Source: the human T2T-CHM13v2.0 reference genome, Homo sapiens
Length of the DNA: 64,000 nucleotides
NCBI RefSeq assembly: GCF_009914755.1
Contig: NC_060947.1
Strand: one strand, 5' to 3'
A program made the position numbers and the translations under genes. The notes under the pieces are model-generated. The model was not told where the DNA came from, searched no databases, and was given only the letters and a program-made list of their open reading frames with translations. This document shows, piece after piece, positions 37,722 to 56,458 of this stretch (positions are counted from its first letter, which is position 1; each line of letters starts with the position of its first letter).

Positions 37722-38685
37722 CTTTCTTTTATAGAGCAGTTTTAGGTTTACAGAAAACGTTGATCAGAAAATATAAAAAGTTCCCAAATGCCTCCTCTCC
37801 CAACTATCACCATCCCCCTACCAGAGTGGTACATTTGTTACTATTGATGAACCTCCATTGACACATCATCATCACCCAAAGTCCATAATGTACATTAGGG
37901 TTCACTCTTGGTGTTGTATATCCTATGGGCTTGGACAAATGTATGTCACTTATACATTCCAATCATACAGAATATTTCTGCTGTACTAAAAATCCTCTGC
38001 ACTCTGCCTGTTTCCTCCCTTTGTCCCCACTAACCCCTGGCAACCACGTATCTTTTTACTGTCTCTATAGTTTTGCCTTTTCCAGAAGGTCATATAGTTG
38101 GAATCACACAGGAAGTAGCCTTTTCAGATTGGGTTCTTTCACTTAGCAATAAGCATTTAGGGTTCCTCCATGTTTTTTCTTGGCTTGATAGCTCATTTCA
38201 TTTTAGCACTAATAATATTCCATTGTCTGGATGTGCCACAGTTTATTTACCCATGCAGCCACTGAAAGAGATCTTGGGTGCTTCCATGTTTTGACAATTA
38301 TGAATAAAACAGCTATAGACATTTGTGTGCAGGTTTGTGTGTTATATGTAAATATTCAACTCATTTGGGTAAATAGGAACATGATTGCTAGATGATATAT
38401 TAAGGGTGTGATTAGTTTTGTAAAAACCTGCCAAACTGTCTTCTAAAGTGACTGCACCATTTTACATCCTCATCAGCAATGAATTAGAGTTCCTGTTGCT
38501 CCAAATCTTCACCAGCATTTGGTGTTATCAGTATTTTGGATTTTGGGTCATTCTAATAGGTGTGTGGTGGCATCTCATTGTTGTTTTAATTTGCAGTTTC
38601 TTAATAACATATGATGTGGAGCATCTCTTCCAATGCTTATTTGCCATCTGTACATCTCCTTTAGTGAGGTGTCCTTTGCCTATTT
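37722..38685 (-). mobile_element. L1M (L1MC/MB-like) 3' fragment
   Basis: gagcagttttaggtttacagaa...gacacatcatcatcacccaaagtccata...tctcattgttgttttaatttgc. Confidence 0.85.
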
Positions 38686-39098
38686 TGAATACTCTTTTAT
38701 AACTACTGGTTTTCGAAAAACTGGATCTCTGAGTTCTTTCATGGCATTAACTACAAGCCACCCCAGTGTTCCCTGAAATGTTTCACAGACCTTGGGTTAG
38801 GATTTTCCCTCTCTTTCCTGGCTCTCACAGGAGCTTTTTGATCTGTGGATGTGGAGTGTGCAATTGCACAGGCCACCACTGGTAGGCTTGCTTCAAGGGC
38901 CCACTTGCTAACTAGAGCTACAGCCCATGCATCTTGGCCCATCCTGCCGATGAAGGGACATTTGCAGCCACAGCGCAATAGTACTTGTGACAAAGAAGCA
39001 ATACAGTGGCAACTGCCAAGGCTTGTTTGTAGTAATGTCAAAATCTCACAGGACACAATTCACCTCTCTCCCAGGCCTTTTGAATCCCACATTTAAAA

Positions 39099-39296
39099 AT
39101 ATATATATATATATATGTATACATATATATACACATATATGTATACATATATATACATGTATATATATACACATGTACATATATACATGTACATATATAC
39201 ATGTATATATATATACACACACATATATACATATATATATACACACATATATATACATATATATATACACACATATATATACATATATATATATAT
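39099..39296. repeat. Interrupted (TA)n/(TACA)n microsatellite inside the UBN1 pseudogene
   Basis: About 200 bp of alternating purine-pyrimidine. Confidence 0.97.
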
Positions 39297-39498
39297 CCGG
39301 AGAAGAGGAGGTTGGGTGAGCAGAACAGCACCGAGTCTCTAAATCAGCTGCAGCAATGGGTCAGCTTATACTCACCCTCTGGCCCAGATGGCAAGTGCTG
39401 CCATAGTTCTACCCAGAGCTGCTGAAGAATGCACAGGAAAAAGCAGGAAGTCTTCAACCTGGAAACAGGGTCAAAAGGATCATAGATAAGATGAAATA

Positions 39499-39803
39499 GG
39501 CCAGGCACAGTGGCTCACACCTGTAATCCCAGCACTTTGGAAAGCCAAGGCAGAAGGATCGCTTGAGCCCAGGAGTTCGAGATCACCCTGGACAACACAG
39601 GAGGACCCCGTCTCTACAAAAATAAAAATTTAAAAATTAGCCAGGCATAGTGATGTGCGCCTGTAGTCCCTGCCACTTGGGAGGCTTAGGTAGGAGGATC
39701 ACTTGAGTTCAGGAGTTCGAGGCTGCAGTGAGCTATGATAGCACCACTGCACCCTAGCCTAGGTGACAGAACGAGACCCTTTCTCAAAAAACAAAACAAA
39801 ACA
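39499..39803 (+). mobile_element. Alu (AluJ-type) in the UBN1 pseudogene
   Basis: Full-length; degenerate TSD aagatgaaata / aagacagaata. Confidence 0.92.
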
Positions 39804-41490
39804 AGACAGAATACAGGGCTTGATCAGTATGAGCGATGGCTATGATTAATCTGATTTCTTCACTGACTGATTTGGACTTGAGGCATATCATAAGCTTATT
39901 CCTGCTTCTCTGACCACAAAGTATGGAGGATATTACAATAAGTTGAGAACCCTGCAGTTATGACAAACACCAGAATCTGATGATGACTTCAATATAGAAA
40001 AATCAGCAAAAAAGTAGAAGGTGAAGAAAGGTGGTGAGAAGATAAAGAAGAAAGATGACACTTTCAACAAGGAGATGAAATGAACAAAGCCCAGGTTTTC
40101 CAAAGCTGACTTTACAGACTTCAGTGCTGGTAAAGAGAAGAAGAAAGAATGTTCTTGGGGCTTTAAGGAATCAAGAGGTTTGAGAAATTTCAGAAAGAAA
40201 TAGGCCCAGGAAAAATGAGGACAAGGAACAGAAGCCTGTGGGAATTGGGAGCACCTCCCACCCGTTGCTCTTAACCTTCCGCTCTGCTTCTGACAGTAAC
40301 TTGCTTCAGGCGGCCACTGCCATGGTCTCTCTGACAGATTTGGACTTGAAGCAGCTGCTCAGTGAGTCTCCAGAAGGAAGAGCCTTCTGTGATATGGATG
40401 ATGAAAGAGATTCCCTTAGGGTGGGATTGGCCTAGGAATTCGGAGTTCTCTTCCCTCCCAGAAGGCCTACCAGTGCCCCTGAAGAAGGTCATTAAGGAGG
40501 CGGTTCAGGCTGCCAGAGCTGCTGAGAGACAGAGCAAAGGGAAGTCCTTCACCCAGGATACAGGTGGCATCCTATTGGACAAGGAGATGCAGATATGGAA
40601 GCTGAGTAGCCAGATTTGCTGTGAGGTGCATGGCCAGCCAGATATCTCGCTCCATGCCTGCCCTGCAGCGAGGACACCCTGGTCAAACTTGCTCAATACC
40701 TTCATCTCTATGAACTGTCGAGTGCATCTGAAGGAGCCTCTAGAGAAACTCGAAGAAGCCACTGGCAGGGCAATGCCAGAGCAGATGGCCACGCACCAGG
40801 ATGAATGCCAGGCATAGACACATGCAAAGATTGCAAAGATGCTGGAAGAGGAGAAGGACAAGGAATAGAGAGAACAGGTTTTTTGTTTGTTTGTTTGTTC
40901 CTGGTAAGGAAGAAGAAATGAAGAGCAGGGCCTGGAAGAAATTCCAGTGGAGTGATGAAATCAAGGAGGTGCTCTGGCTGGGGGTGAAGATGAACCTGGA
41001 GGGCTTGATCCAGAAGGAAACAAGACCGGTGTGGAGAGGACTGCAAGAAAGCTTGCCTGGATGACAGAATGCAAACTGTCTGACCTCAAAGCTTGGTGCA
41101 GCCCAGGTTTCTGTGTAAGGATAGCAGACCACAGCATAAGTCCTTGACATCAATACTGAACAAGAAGAAAGTAATGGCACATTCTAAAGTCAAGGTGAAG
41201 AAATCATAGACTGAGATTGCTAAAAAGGTCCTCATGCCTTCAGCCCACATTGCCAGCCTCATTGTTTGGCCTTCAGAACATCAGGGAGGTCTGCACACTG
41301 GGCCTCAAACAGGATGCTCTCATGCAAGGCATTGGTCAGGAGTCTTGCCAATCCTGCTTTTCTCAACCTGGAAGACTCATTAAATAAAGACTTTAATTAT
41401 TACTTCATCCACTTGTTCAAAGCTGCGTCCAAGAAACTGGCTCTGTTGACTATCAGAGCAAGTGGGAACTCTGTACTCACACCCCTAGAC

Positions 41491-41703
41491 CAAGCTTGTC
41501 CAATCTGCGGCACCCCAGGATGGCTTTGAATGCAGCCCAATACAAATTCATAAACTTTTTAAAAACATGATGAGACTTTTTTGCGATTTTTTTTTTTTTT
41601 AGCTCATCAGCTATCATTAGTGTTAATGTATTTTATGGGTGGCCCAAGACAATTTTTCTTCTTCCAAAGTATCCCAGGGAAGGCAAAAGATTGGACACCC
41701 CTT
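41491..41703 (+). mobile_element. MER30 hAT DNA transposon
   Basis: ggctttgaatgcagcccaatacaaattcataaac...tagctcatcagctatcattagtgtt; 8-bp TSD ccctagac / ttctagac. Confidence 0.85.
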
Positions 41704-41724
41704 TTCTAGACCCTTGGAAGCATC

Positions 41725-42713
<989 letters not shown>

Positions 42714-42717
42714 TGGT

Positions 42718-43125
42718 TGTGTTCGGCCATTCTCGCATTGCTATAAAGAAATACCTGAGGCTGGGTAATTCATTGAGAAAAGAGGTTTCATTGGCTCGTG
42801 CTTCTGCAGGCTTTTACAGGAAGCATACTGCCAGCATCTGCTTCTGGGGAGGCCTCCAGAATCTTCCAATCATGGCAGAAGACAAAGGGGGAGCAGGCGT
42901 ATCACATGGCCAGGGTAGGAACTGCAGGGGTGGACGGGGGTTGGGGATGGGGTGCCACACACTTTTAAACAGCCAGATCTCGTGAGAAATCATATTGTGA
43001 GGACAACATTGCGTCATGAGGGATCCTCCCTCCTGACCCAAACACCTCCCACCCGGCCCCACCTCCAACATTGGGGATTAAATTTCAACATGAGATTTGG
43101 GTGAAACAAATATCCAAGCCATTCG
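42718..43125 (-). mobile_element. MaLR LTR (MSTA-like)
   Basis: gccattctcgcattgctataaagaaatacctgaggctggg...caacatgagatttgg. Confidence 0.85.
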
Positions 43126-43959
43126 ATGGCACTTAAAGAAAAAGTCACAGGTCTTTCATGTATGAAAGTAAAAATGAAACTTTCTAAGGCCCAATTCCTT
43201 TGAGGTATCACCCTCTAGCTCTCCGTAACCACTCCCTTCAATTTCCTGGCTGAGTGGACAGTGGCACTGGCACAGCCCTCTGAGAAGAAAAACCCCAGGA
43301 GTTCTTCCTGGCTACAAAGAGCTCTCCTGCTGGGCTCCCCTCAGCAAAAGCTTTCCAGAGGAGCAACAGTCTAAATTGCAGCAACACAGTTTGCCACAGA
43401 CATCTAATGAGGACCCAGAACCTGGACCCAAGTCAGTCTTTTATGAACGGTATGGACAGCACAAAAGCTTCACTCCCACTTTCCACTCAGCTCCATTTGG
43501 CAACAACCTCTCAGACTCCAAATCTTCCTCCTCTGAGTCTCAATATCTATTTCTCCAGGGCTTCAGGAGGCATTTTCAGCCCCCAGCAGCAGCTCTCTTA
43601 AGAACCCAGCCTCATCCTCCACTTCCCTGAGCCATATGGCCTAACAACGTTCAGCCAAACTCTTCAGAGCCATCTTACACGTTTCCCTTTGCTGGCTCCC
43701 AACATAGGATTTCTTCTAGCAGCTACTCCTCCAGAGCACCACTTCCTCCTGGAAACTTGCTTCCAGGGATACAGCTTCCCTCCACCGGACAGTCTCTCAA
43801 CTGTTTCCCAGAAACTGACCGTGGCGGTTCAAATGAAGAGTTCAGTGATGGCAGCCGGAGAGGAACAAAGTTACTGACCTCATCCTTGAAACCCACCATG
43901 GTTAGCAGCCCAATGCTTCCCAAAAAGAATTTGCCTGTCATGATGAAATCTTGCTGTCT

Positions 43960-44300
43960 GGCCGGGCGCAGTGGCTCACACATGTAGTCCCAGCACTTTG
44001 GGAGTGGCAGCACTTTTGGGAGTGGGCAGATCGCTTGAGCCCAGGAGTTCGAGACCAGCCTAAGCAACATGGCAAAACCCCATCTCTACTAAAAATACAA
44101 AAATTAGCCAGGTAGAGTGGTGCACGCCTGTGGTCCTAGCTACTCAGGACGTGGAGAATCACTTGAGCCTGGGAGGTTGAGGCTGCAGTGAGCCATGATC
44201 ATGCCTCTGCACTCCAGCCTGGGTGACAGAGCTAGAACCTGTCTCAAAAAAAAAAAAAAGAAAGAAAAGAAAAGAAAAGAAAGAAAGAAAGAAAGAAAGA
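43960..44300 (+). mobile_element. Alu (AluJ/S-type) with (GAAA)n tail
   Basis: TSD atgaaatcttgctgtct / atgaaaacttgctatct. Confidence 0.92.
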
Positions 44301-44332
44301 ATGAAAACTTGCTATCTTTAAAAAAAAAAAAA

Positions 44333-44660
<328 letters not shown>

Positions 44661-45670
44661 TTTAAAAAAGGAACTTGCTTACTTCCTTTGGGCTTCATAG
44701 CTAAATCACTGGACATCTGGTGGAGGGACAGATCTTAGGATGGACAGAGTTCTAGGTTCAGGGGATAGGACCATGTGTGTTTCTGAGTTCCAACACTGTG
44801 GTAAATCAGTTTGTAAACCTATATTTGAAATCCACCAGATACCTTGGCATTTGGTCAGAATACCTCATGGAGTCCCATAGGCCAAGGGCTCCTTCTGGTT
44901 ACAAAAGGATTCATGGAATGGTCATGTTATCTGTCCCATCCTCACACTGTGTTTAACAGGACAGAAACCTGGACTAAAGACACAACTGAGAGACCTAGCC
45001 TTGTCTCTTTGAAAATACATTAGGAACACCCAATGCATACTCATCGTGGGGGGCCAATTTCTCCTCTGAACATGACAATGAAACTCTCTTAGAGAAAGGA
45101 CTTTTATAGATTCATCAATTGCAAGACAATTGCGATAGGATTTTTAAAGGCACTTATTTGGGGCTCAGTTTTCAACATTACCATTAACTGCACTGGATAG
45201 AATGATACTGTTCATGGTATGTCATATTATAGGAAGACATAATTCCAATGCCTTTATGGTGGAAGAGAATTGGATAGCTAACATCCATTTCAGCACCTGA
45301 AACACTTCTCGAAGACCTTTTTAAAAAGATATGCCTGTTTTAGAGACAGAGACAGTTTTATTTAGTTGGGCTTTTTACAGTTGCATTCTGTAAATCTGTG
45401 ACATCCTGACTTGAAGGTCATCAGGGCCCAGAAAGCCAGCTTTCCAATCCAACCACAGTTCCAGTTTTGTTTTTCCAGAGTTCATACAGATGAACCCCAG
45501 AGCTCCAAAGCTCTCATTGGTCAAATCTTCATTTCTTTATGGGCAGACGTTACAAGCGGTTCCAAGTCACAGACAGACATGCCAGTTTGCTTCATTCTTA
45601 AAAAATCCCCTCGGCAGCACCACAGCAACAGACCTCTATGAAGTGTCTGTCATGTAGAAATAGGCCTTGA

Positions 45671-45970
<300 letters not shown>

Positions 45971-46521
45971 AAACAGGCCTTGAAGTCCTTGGACGCTCCA
46001 TGCACTGGAGTATACATTAATTCAAAGTAATATGCAGCAAAGCTTGGAGGATGGATCGAGATGGACTAGAACAGATATTCCAGAGCTTCCAAGTCACCAA
46101 GTTTTTCGCTAAATGCTTCACAAGGGTTTCTAGAATTGTGCCTATGATATCTGTACCACAAGGTGTGTTTGAACTGTCTGCTCTAGCTAAGTTAATTCAA
46201 ATATGTTAAGTGTAAACAGTATGTGGGTGAATTGTATAGTTATGTAATTTATGCAAATTCAGAATGTGATAGACTCTATAGAACAAATGACTCACTTTCT
46301 TCCACAAATAAATTGCAAGGGGAAAAAAGGGAAAGGAAACCTATAAACTAAAAGAAACTTAAGATTCATATTAACGAAGTACAATGTGCGAAGCTTGTTA
46401 GGATATTAATTTGAAGATATAAACTGGTTTTATTAATGAGCCAATGGGAAAAAAATGGAACATTTATTGGATATTGAAAATTCAAATTAATTTTTTAAGT
46501 GTGATAATGATATTGTGGTTC

Positions 46522-47230
46522 TGAAGGAATGAAGGAATAGAGAGAGAAGAAAAGCAAAGGAATTTGGACTTTGTCCTCAGTTCCCGGGAGGCAACCTCTA
46601 AACCCTTGAAATTTCCCAAGTGATAGGAGCGTCTTGGTTAGGCATGTGGACCCCTCAGACCCCACCTGATAGTTTAAGCTAATAGATGGCTCAGGTTGGA
46701 GGCTGGCCATGCCAGAAAGACCAACCACATAATTAGAAGGTTGGGGCTTTGAGCCACATGATATCAGCCTGCCCTGTGGGAGTAGAGTGTGGCTGGAGCT
46801 TGAGTTCAACCACATGGGTGATAATTCCACCAACTATCCCTACATAATGAACCTGGTAAAAACTCTGGACACCAAAACTTACGCAAGCTTCCTGGGTTGG
46901 CAATTCTCCGTGCATGTATTGCCAAATATCTATGCCAGAAGGCTAACACATCCCTGATGACACAGAAGCTTCATATTTGGAACCCTCCCAATCCAGGATT
47001 CTTCCCCATGTATCTCTTATAATTTGCATTCTTTGCCTGTAATAAACATAGCTGTTAGTATATTGGGTTTTGGTGAATTCTATGAGTCTTTCTAGCAAAT
47101 TATTAAAACTGAGGGTGGTTTTGGGACACCCCCCCAGGCCCCACCCCAACTTATAGTTGGTATCAGAAATCTTGGGCAGACTTGGCAGTGGAGGACTATG
47201 CCCTTAACCTTGAGTCTGGCTACTTCCAGG
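46522..47230 (+). mobile_element. MER21-like LTR inserted in an L1M 3' fragment
   Basis: ctctaaacccttgaaatttccc...gccagaaagaccaaccac...aaactctggacacc...gaattctatgagtc. Confidence 0.7.
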
Positions 47231-47505
47231 TAGAAAGAAAAGAGGTCCTGTCTTTGAATATACATATGGAAGCATTTGCAGATGAACTAGTATGTCTTAG
47301 ATCTGCTGCAAAATTACCTAGGGTGTGAGAAGGGAGTTGGAACATAGACTGGCCATGTAGAATCACAGAAGATGGATGCTGGGAACATGAGAGTTTGTGA
47401 AACGATGAAACTATTGTCTCTACTTTTGTATGTGATTTAAATTTTCCAAAATGAGAATAACATAGTGATCCATGCATTAAAAATATGGATCACTACCCTC
47501 CACCG

Positions 47506-48139
47506 TGTGGTAGGCAGAATTCTAAGATGGCTTCCAGGATTCTAGGCCCATGGTATACACACATTTTCAGCCAATTATTCAGTCAAACACTAATGTAGGT
47601 GGTGCTGTGAAGGAGTTTTGCCGATGTGATTAAGATCCCTAATCACCTGGCCTTAAGATAGGGTGATTATCCTGGGTCAACTTGACCAAATTAGGTGAGC
47701 CCTTTAGAAAGCTGGGACTTTTCCTAGAGAAAAGACTCACAGAGAGATTTGAAGCATGAGAGGGATTCAACACAAGGCAGGTTCTTCATTGCTGGCTTTG
47801 AAGATGGAGGAGGCCACATGGAAGGGAATGTGGATAGCCTCTAGAAGCCAAGAGGAGCCTCTGGCTAACAGCTGGCGAGGAAACGGGGACTTTAGTCATA
47901 CAGCTAAAAGAACCAAATCCTACCACAATCATGTTAGTTTGGAAGAGGACTTCCAGTCCCAGGTGGGCATGCAGACAGACAACAACTTGATTTCAATCTT
48001 ATGAGCTCCTCAACAGAGAACTCAGCTATGTTGTTGTGCCAGACTCCTGACCTATGGAAAAAGTGATCTGAAAAATGTATGCTGTCATAAGACGTAAAGT
48101 TTGTGTTAATTTCTTATGCAGCAATAGAGAACTGACACA
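47506..48139 (+). mobile_element. MaLR LTR (MLT1E-like)
   Basis: tgtggtaggcagaattctaagatggc...gctggctttgaagatggagg...gcagcaatagagaactgacaca. Confidence 0.8.
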
Positions 48140-48241
48140 ATCAATAAAAATAAATTCCAATTTAAAAAACAAACTTTTACAAATTTTTGAACCAAATTTA
48201 GAAAAATGTATTTATGACTGTGGTGCAGGGAAAGATTTCTT

Positions 48242-49767
<1,526 letters not shown>

Positions 49768-49775
49768 GATTTCTT

Positions 49776-50400
49776 AAAATATAAAAGGCACAAACTCTAA
49801 AGGAAAAGGTCAATAAATTCAACTGTACTAAAGTTACATACTTCTGGACTATAAAATGCACCAAAAAATAAAGTGAAAAATAAATCTGTGGACTAGGAGA
49901 TGCTATTTACAACACATAAAACTTAAAAAGAGTATTTTTAAGAAGCTCCTACAAATCAATGAGGGAAAAAGAAGCCAGCAGAATATGAACTGGTAACTCA
50001 TAAAAAGGAAGCTTGAAAAGCCAACAACAAAAAGATGTCCAATATGACTATTCATCAGAGAAATGCAAATTAAAACAGTAATAAAATATCATTTTCCCCC
50101 ATTGGGTGGACAAAAGCTAAAAATTCAGATAATACCACGTTTTGGCAAGGATGTAGGATAACAGAAACTGTCATGTCCTGCTGATAGAAGTGTTAAATTA
50201 TATAGGCACTTAGAGAGCAACGTGATAATATCTAGTAAAATTGAAGATGTGTATACCCTTTGACCCAGCAATTCTACTTATGGGAATATATTCTAGAGAA
50301 AATCTTATACGTAGGCTCAGGGAAACATATATACAAGTATCATTGCAACATTATTTGTAATTCAAAAAACTGCAAGCAACCTAAATGTTCATTGACAAGA
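49776..50400 (+). mobile_element. Old L1M ORF2 fragment (continues from 48140-48240)
   Basis: catcagagaaatgcaaattaaaac...ccctttgacccagcaattctactt. Confidence 0.75.
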
Positions 50401-50870
50401 TGATGACATTAATTAACTTTTCATTTTTATCAGTTCTCAAAATGCTCATTTAATCTTGACTGCCGACCCATCTAGAAATGATCTGGAAGTATGAACTGCT
50501 TATTACACCAGCTCTAAGAGTTACCTGCTATTCTCTGGATTGTTGTCATCCTCAGAAAAATGTTTTCACTGACTGTGATCTTCAAAGAAGGCCTCTGAGC
50601 CAACAGGGATCAAAAGTGCCCAATATATCTGGAAATCCACTTTTTCCTGAGGATGAAATGACTTGCTAAAGTGAGCTGGAAATTGCTGTGCTGAAAGAGA
50701 ATATAGGTAATCCAAGGCATGCAAATGAATGCTTCTAAGCTACTGAGAAAGGAATCTTCTTTTCAAAGGTGCCCCCCCAGTCCACATGATAATTCATTTC
50801 ATTTAATGAAACTGAGCATAGTGAAGCTTAGTGTCTAAAAGCCAATCTGTGGATTCCTCCAAACATGCTA

Positions 50871-51223
<353 letters not shown>

Positions 51224-52822
51224 TTAAATCACCTCCAAACTTTGCCATCTTCATTTTGGTTTTATTTACACCTTACTGTCTCAGATGGAAAATGTCTGAG
51301 TAAATTTGTCTGAATAATGGCTAGTAAAAGCATGAGATAACCTCAAGAAGCTGCTTATGTATGAATTTAACAAAATAAAGAAACTGGAGAAAGGATTCTT
51401 TTGTTGTTCTTTATCTCTTCCTGACAAACTTGTACTTTTAAAGGGATTTTCATGCCCATTCTAGATCCAATTTGTATTTTAATTACATTGGATGTTTATA
51501 AGGGAGTACACATTGGAAGCAGGTATACGTTATATGATTTATAATTGTTTTTCTTGGATACTATCTAATGCCTTCCATTATAATAATTGACTAAATAGAA
51601 CTAGCCAAGATACATTTTTCCATTTTTGCTGAGATACAATGGAGTGATATTTTAAAATTCAAACAATATATTTTCCTAAAATACTCAAATTGCAGTAATG
51701 CATGAGATGCTACAAAATGTATATGAGTTTGATTAATCGTTTTATGAATAATCATCACATAATTACCCAGATTTATCACTTTAAATTAAATGAAAATTAT
51801 TTGTTGCAAGTTTGTACAACTATGGAAGTGTTGACTTTTGTTCTCATTTGCTCAGTTTGAACCATGCCACATTGTGACATGCAAAGTCATTTTCTCTTTG
51901 TGCTAATTATCCAAAAGTGAATTAAAGGTGCTTTTCATTTACCTAGGTACAAAATCAAAAACTGAATTGCTAAGTCAAAGTACTGAGCAAAGCCTCTAGA
52001 TTGCTTCCATTCCAACCCTAAGGAGTTTTAACATGACGACCATTTTATCAAGCCAAGGAAGGCTTTCCTGCTTAATCACTAAGCTCAAGGAAATAGAGTG
52101 TCTAATTATAACAAAGTGATGAAAAATTAAAATAACAAATAAGATCCTTTATGTGATACCTAGGGGGAAATAGGCAATACCAACCATATCCTTAAGAAGT
52201 TAGTCAAGGAACAGGTGGGGCCACCCACAGTAGCCTCTCTTTCAGGGCCAGAGCCCTACTCCAACGCAGCATTCGCTCTTCTTTCTCCATCATGTGTCCA
52301 AGACGTTGGCTGTCCCCTCCCCTCTGGCAGCCTCCACACAGGAGTCCACATCTATTTCTGTGCTCCTGAGATCATTCATTTGGGCCAAAGCATCAGAAAC
52401 CACCTGGATTTTCTGAGATAGGTGTAGAAAGTGCTTACATCATGCCCCACAGAGCAAGCTCCATTTCTCTTACTATTTCTCTCTTTCAGGCCCCGCTTGC
52501 TCATTTTGCCACAAGAATGCCTCTTCCTGACCTCTCCTAGCAGGGCTCTGCCACCTCCCATCTTTTGCTTCTCCTGCTTTCTGCTGCCAGATCTTGCCCA
52601 GGCCTTAGTATCTCTGCTGATTCTTACATAAAGCCACTTAACCCTCCTACAAGTCCAAATTTGTCCCCCATTACTTGCATAGAAAACAAAGTATTCTCCT
52701 TGTGTGGGATCCATCCTTAGAGGGTCTTATGAGGAGTTACAAGCAGCAACAACTAAGAAAATGTTTTTTGTTGTCTCACATCTACCTACCTGCTCTGGCT
52801 ACCTCACAGGAATCAGAGATAA

Positions 52823-53296
52823 TGTAACCAGACTCAGGTTCAGCTGCTTGCTGCTTGAAAAGCCAGACACACAAGAAGCAAGGTTTCATGGAAGGAAAGC
52901 AGGTTTATTCAAGAACTAGCAGATTGGGAGATGGCCACATTCAAGTGTCAAAAAGCCAGCTCAAATTCTCAGGCTGGCTCAAGGGGTTTTAAGCAAAAGG
53001 TATGCATAGGCTGCAGGTCTGCTTGTCGTTTTCTGACGGCTAGCTTGAGTAATTGACCATCCAGAGGCCTGGTTAGCATCATCTCATTGGAGGTCAGGTT
53101 ATGGATTAACTGTGCACCAATTCCTTCTTGGAAGGGGGAAAATTGCAACTGCCAGTTCCACTTCATGCCTGGATTGTTTCAAGATTAGCCTTTGGAATTC
53201 TCAAGCAAACAGGTAATTGGGTATTTGTATAGCAAGAAACAAATGGAGAAAGGGGTTACTTTTAGAGTAAGCTAACAAACTGGTTATACTGGTTAA
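52823..53296 (-). mobile_element. ERV1-class solo LTR (family uncertain)
   Basis: Starts tgtaacc, contains reverse poly-A signal aggtttattc, LTR-like composition. Confidence 0.5.
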
Positions 53297-53836
53297 AATA
53301 ATACATGTGAAAGACATTTTTTAGTTATAAAGCACTATATACTTTTTCTTGGTGATTATTTATTCCACTGCCCACATTTTACAGATGATACAACTGAAGC
53401 CCAAAGAGGTTAAATAACGTGCCCAAACATTTAATGGTAAAGATTGACTTTAATCCTGGTCTCTAACCCACTGTCCTATAATTCCTTCCATTCATCTGAA
53501 CTGCTTTGGGTAATTCACAGATTTCTGGAGGCTTTGCTTTCCCTTTCTCCACTAATTTGGGATTAAACATGACCTTTCTCCTAGGGCTCTCTATCACATT
53601 CACACACCGGCATGCGGTCATTCACACAGATCTTATTGTTGAGGAAATGGAAGGAAAGGCACTATTTACTCTTCTACTAATTCATTCATTCAACAGATAT
53701 TTTTTGAGCATCTGTTTGGTTTCAGAAGCTGTTTTAAACTCTGGAGACATAGCAGTAATCAAAATAGACAGAAACCCAATGCCCTTGTGGAACTTCCATT
53801 CTAGTGGGATGATGAACAAATACATCACATATTTAA

Positions 53837-54652
<816 letters not shown>

Positions 54653-55439
54653 GCCTGCAATTTTAAATAGGATGGTCAGAGAAGTCTTCCCTGAGGAGGT
54701 GACATTTTGCCAAAGACCTGAAAGACATGAAGAATCAAACCATGCGGCTATGGGGAGAAGAGCACTCCTAGCAGTAGAAACACCAGTGGAAAAGCCCTGC
54801 GTGAGAAGTAAGCCAGGTCTGTTGGCAGAGCAGCCAGTGTAGCAGAACAGAATGAACGGGAGAAAAACAGCAAATAAGGACAGAGAGGTGACAGGGATAT
54901 CATTGTGCAGGTCCTTGGAGGCCATAGTAAGGAATCTGGCCTTTAATCTGAGTGGGATGGCTCCCACCCCCACATCACTCCTTCTGTCTTCCCCCTCCAG
55001 CACCCCTCATTCCAAGTTTCGGGACAAGGGCATCAAGTCATCTAGGTCTGGGTGGGAAGTTCAGGCACCACTTCCCCTTTTCTCTGGGATATCTGCACTT
55101 TGAGTCTGTCTTTTTTGGCAGAAAAAATAAAAGAGCCTAATTAGAGGACACTTGTTTTCCAAGACCTCTGTGGGTTGCCTAAAGTCTCTTTGCAGAATAG
55201 GAAGGGACAAACCTAAGAACTATGAAGTTAGGAGAGGCAGCAGACACAGGCAGCTTCCAGGAAGTCAAGGAACAGGGGAAAACTCAGTCCGGAAACCAAA
55301 GAATTAATACCTGATACGTGTGTAGGACCGTCACACAAGTTTAATAGTTGACTATTCTGTGTCCCAGGGACTTAGAGTAGACGGCATTAGCCCTGTCTAT
55401 CGTGTAACCAGGAATCTTAGGAACAGAGAGATTCCATGA

Positions 55440-56458
<1,019 letters not shown>

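Noticed and set aside
39038-39425. Cluster of Tyr/Ile-rich ORFs
   Set aside because: Translation of the (TA)n tract
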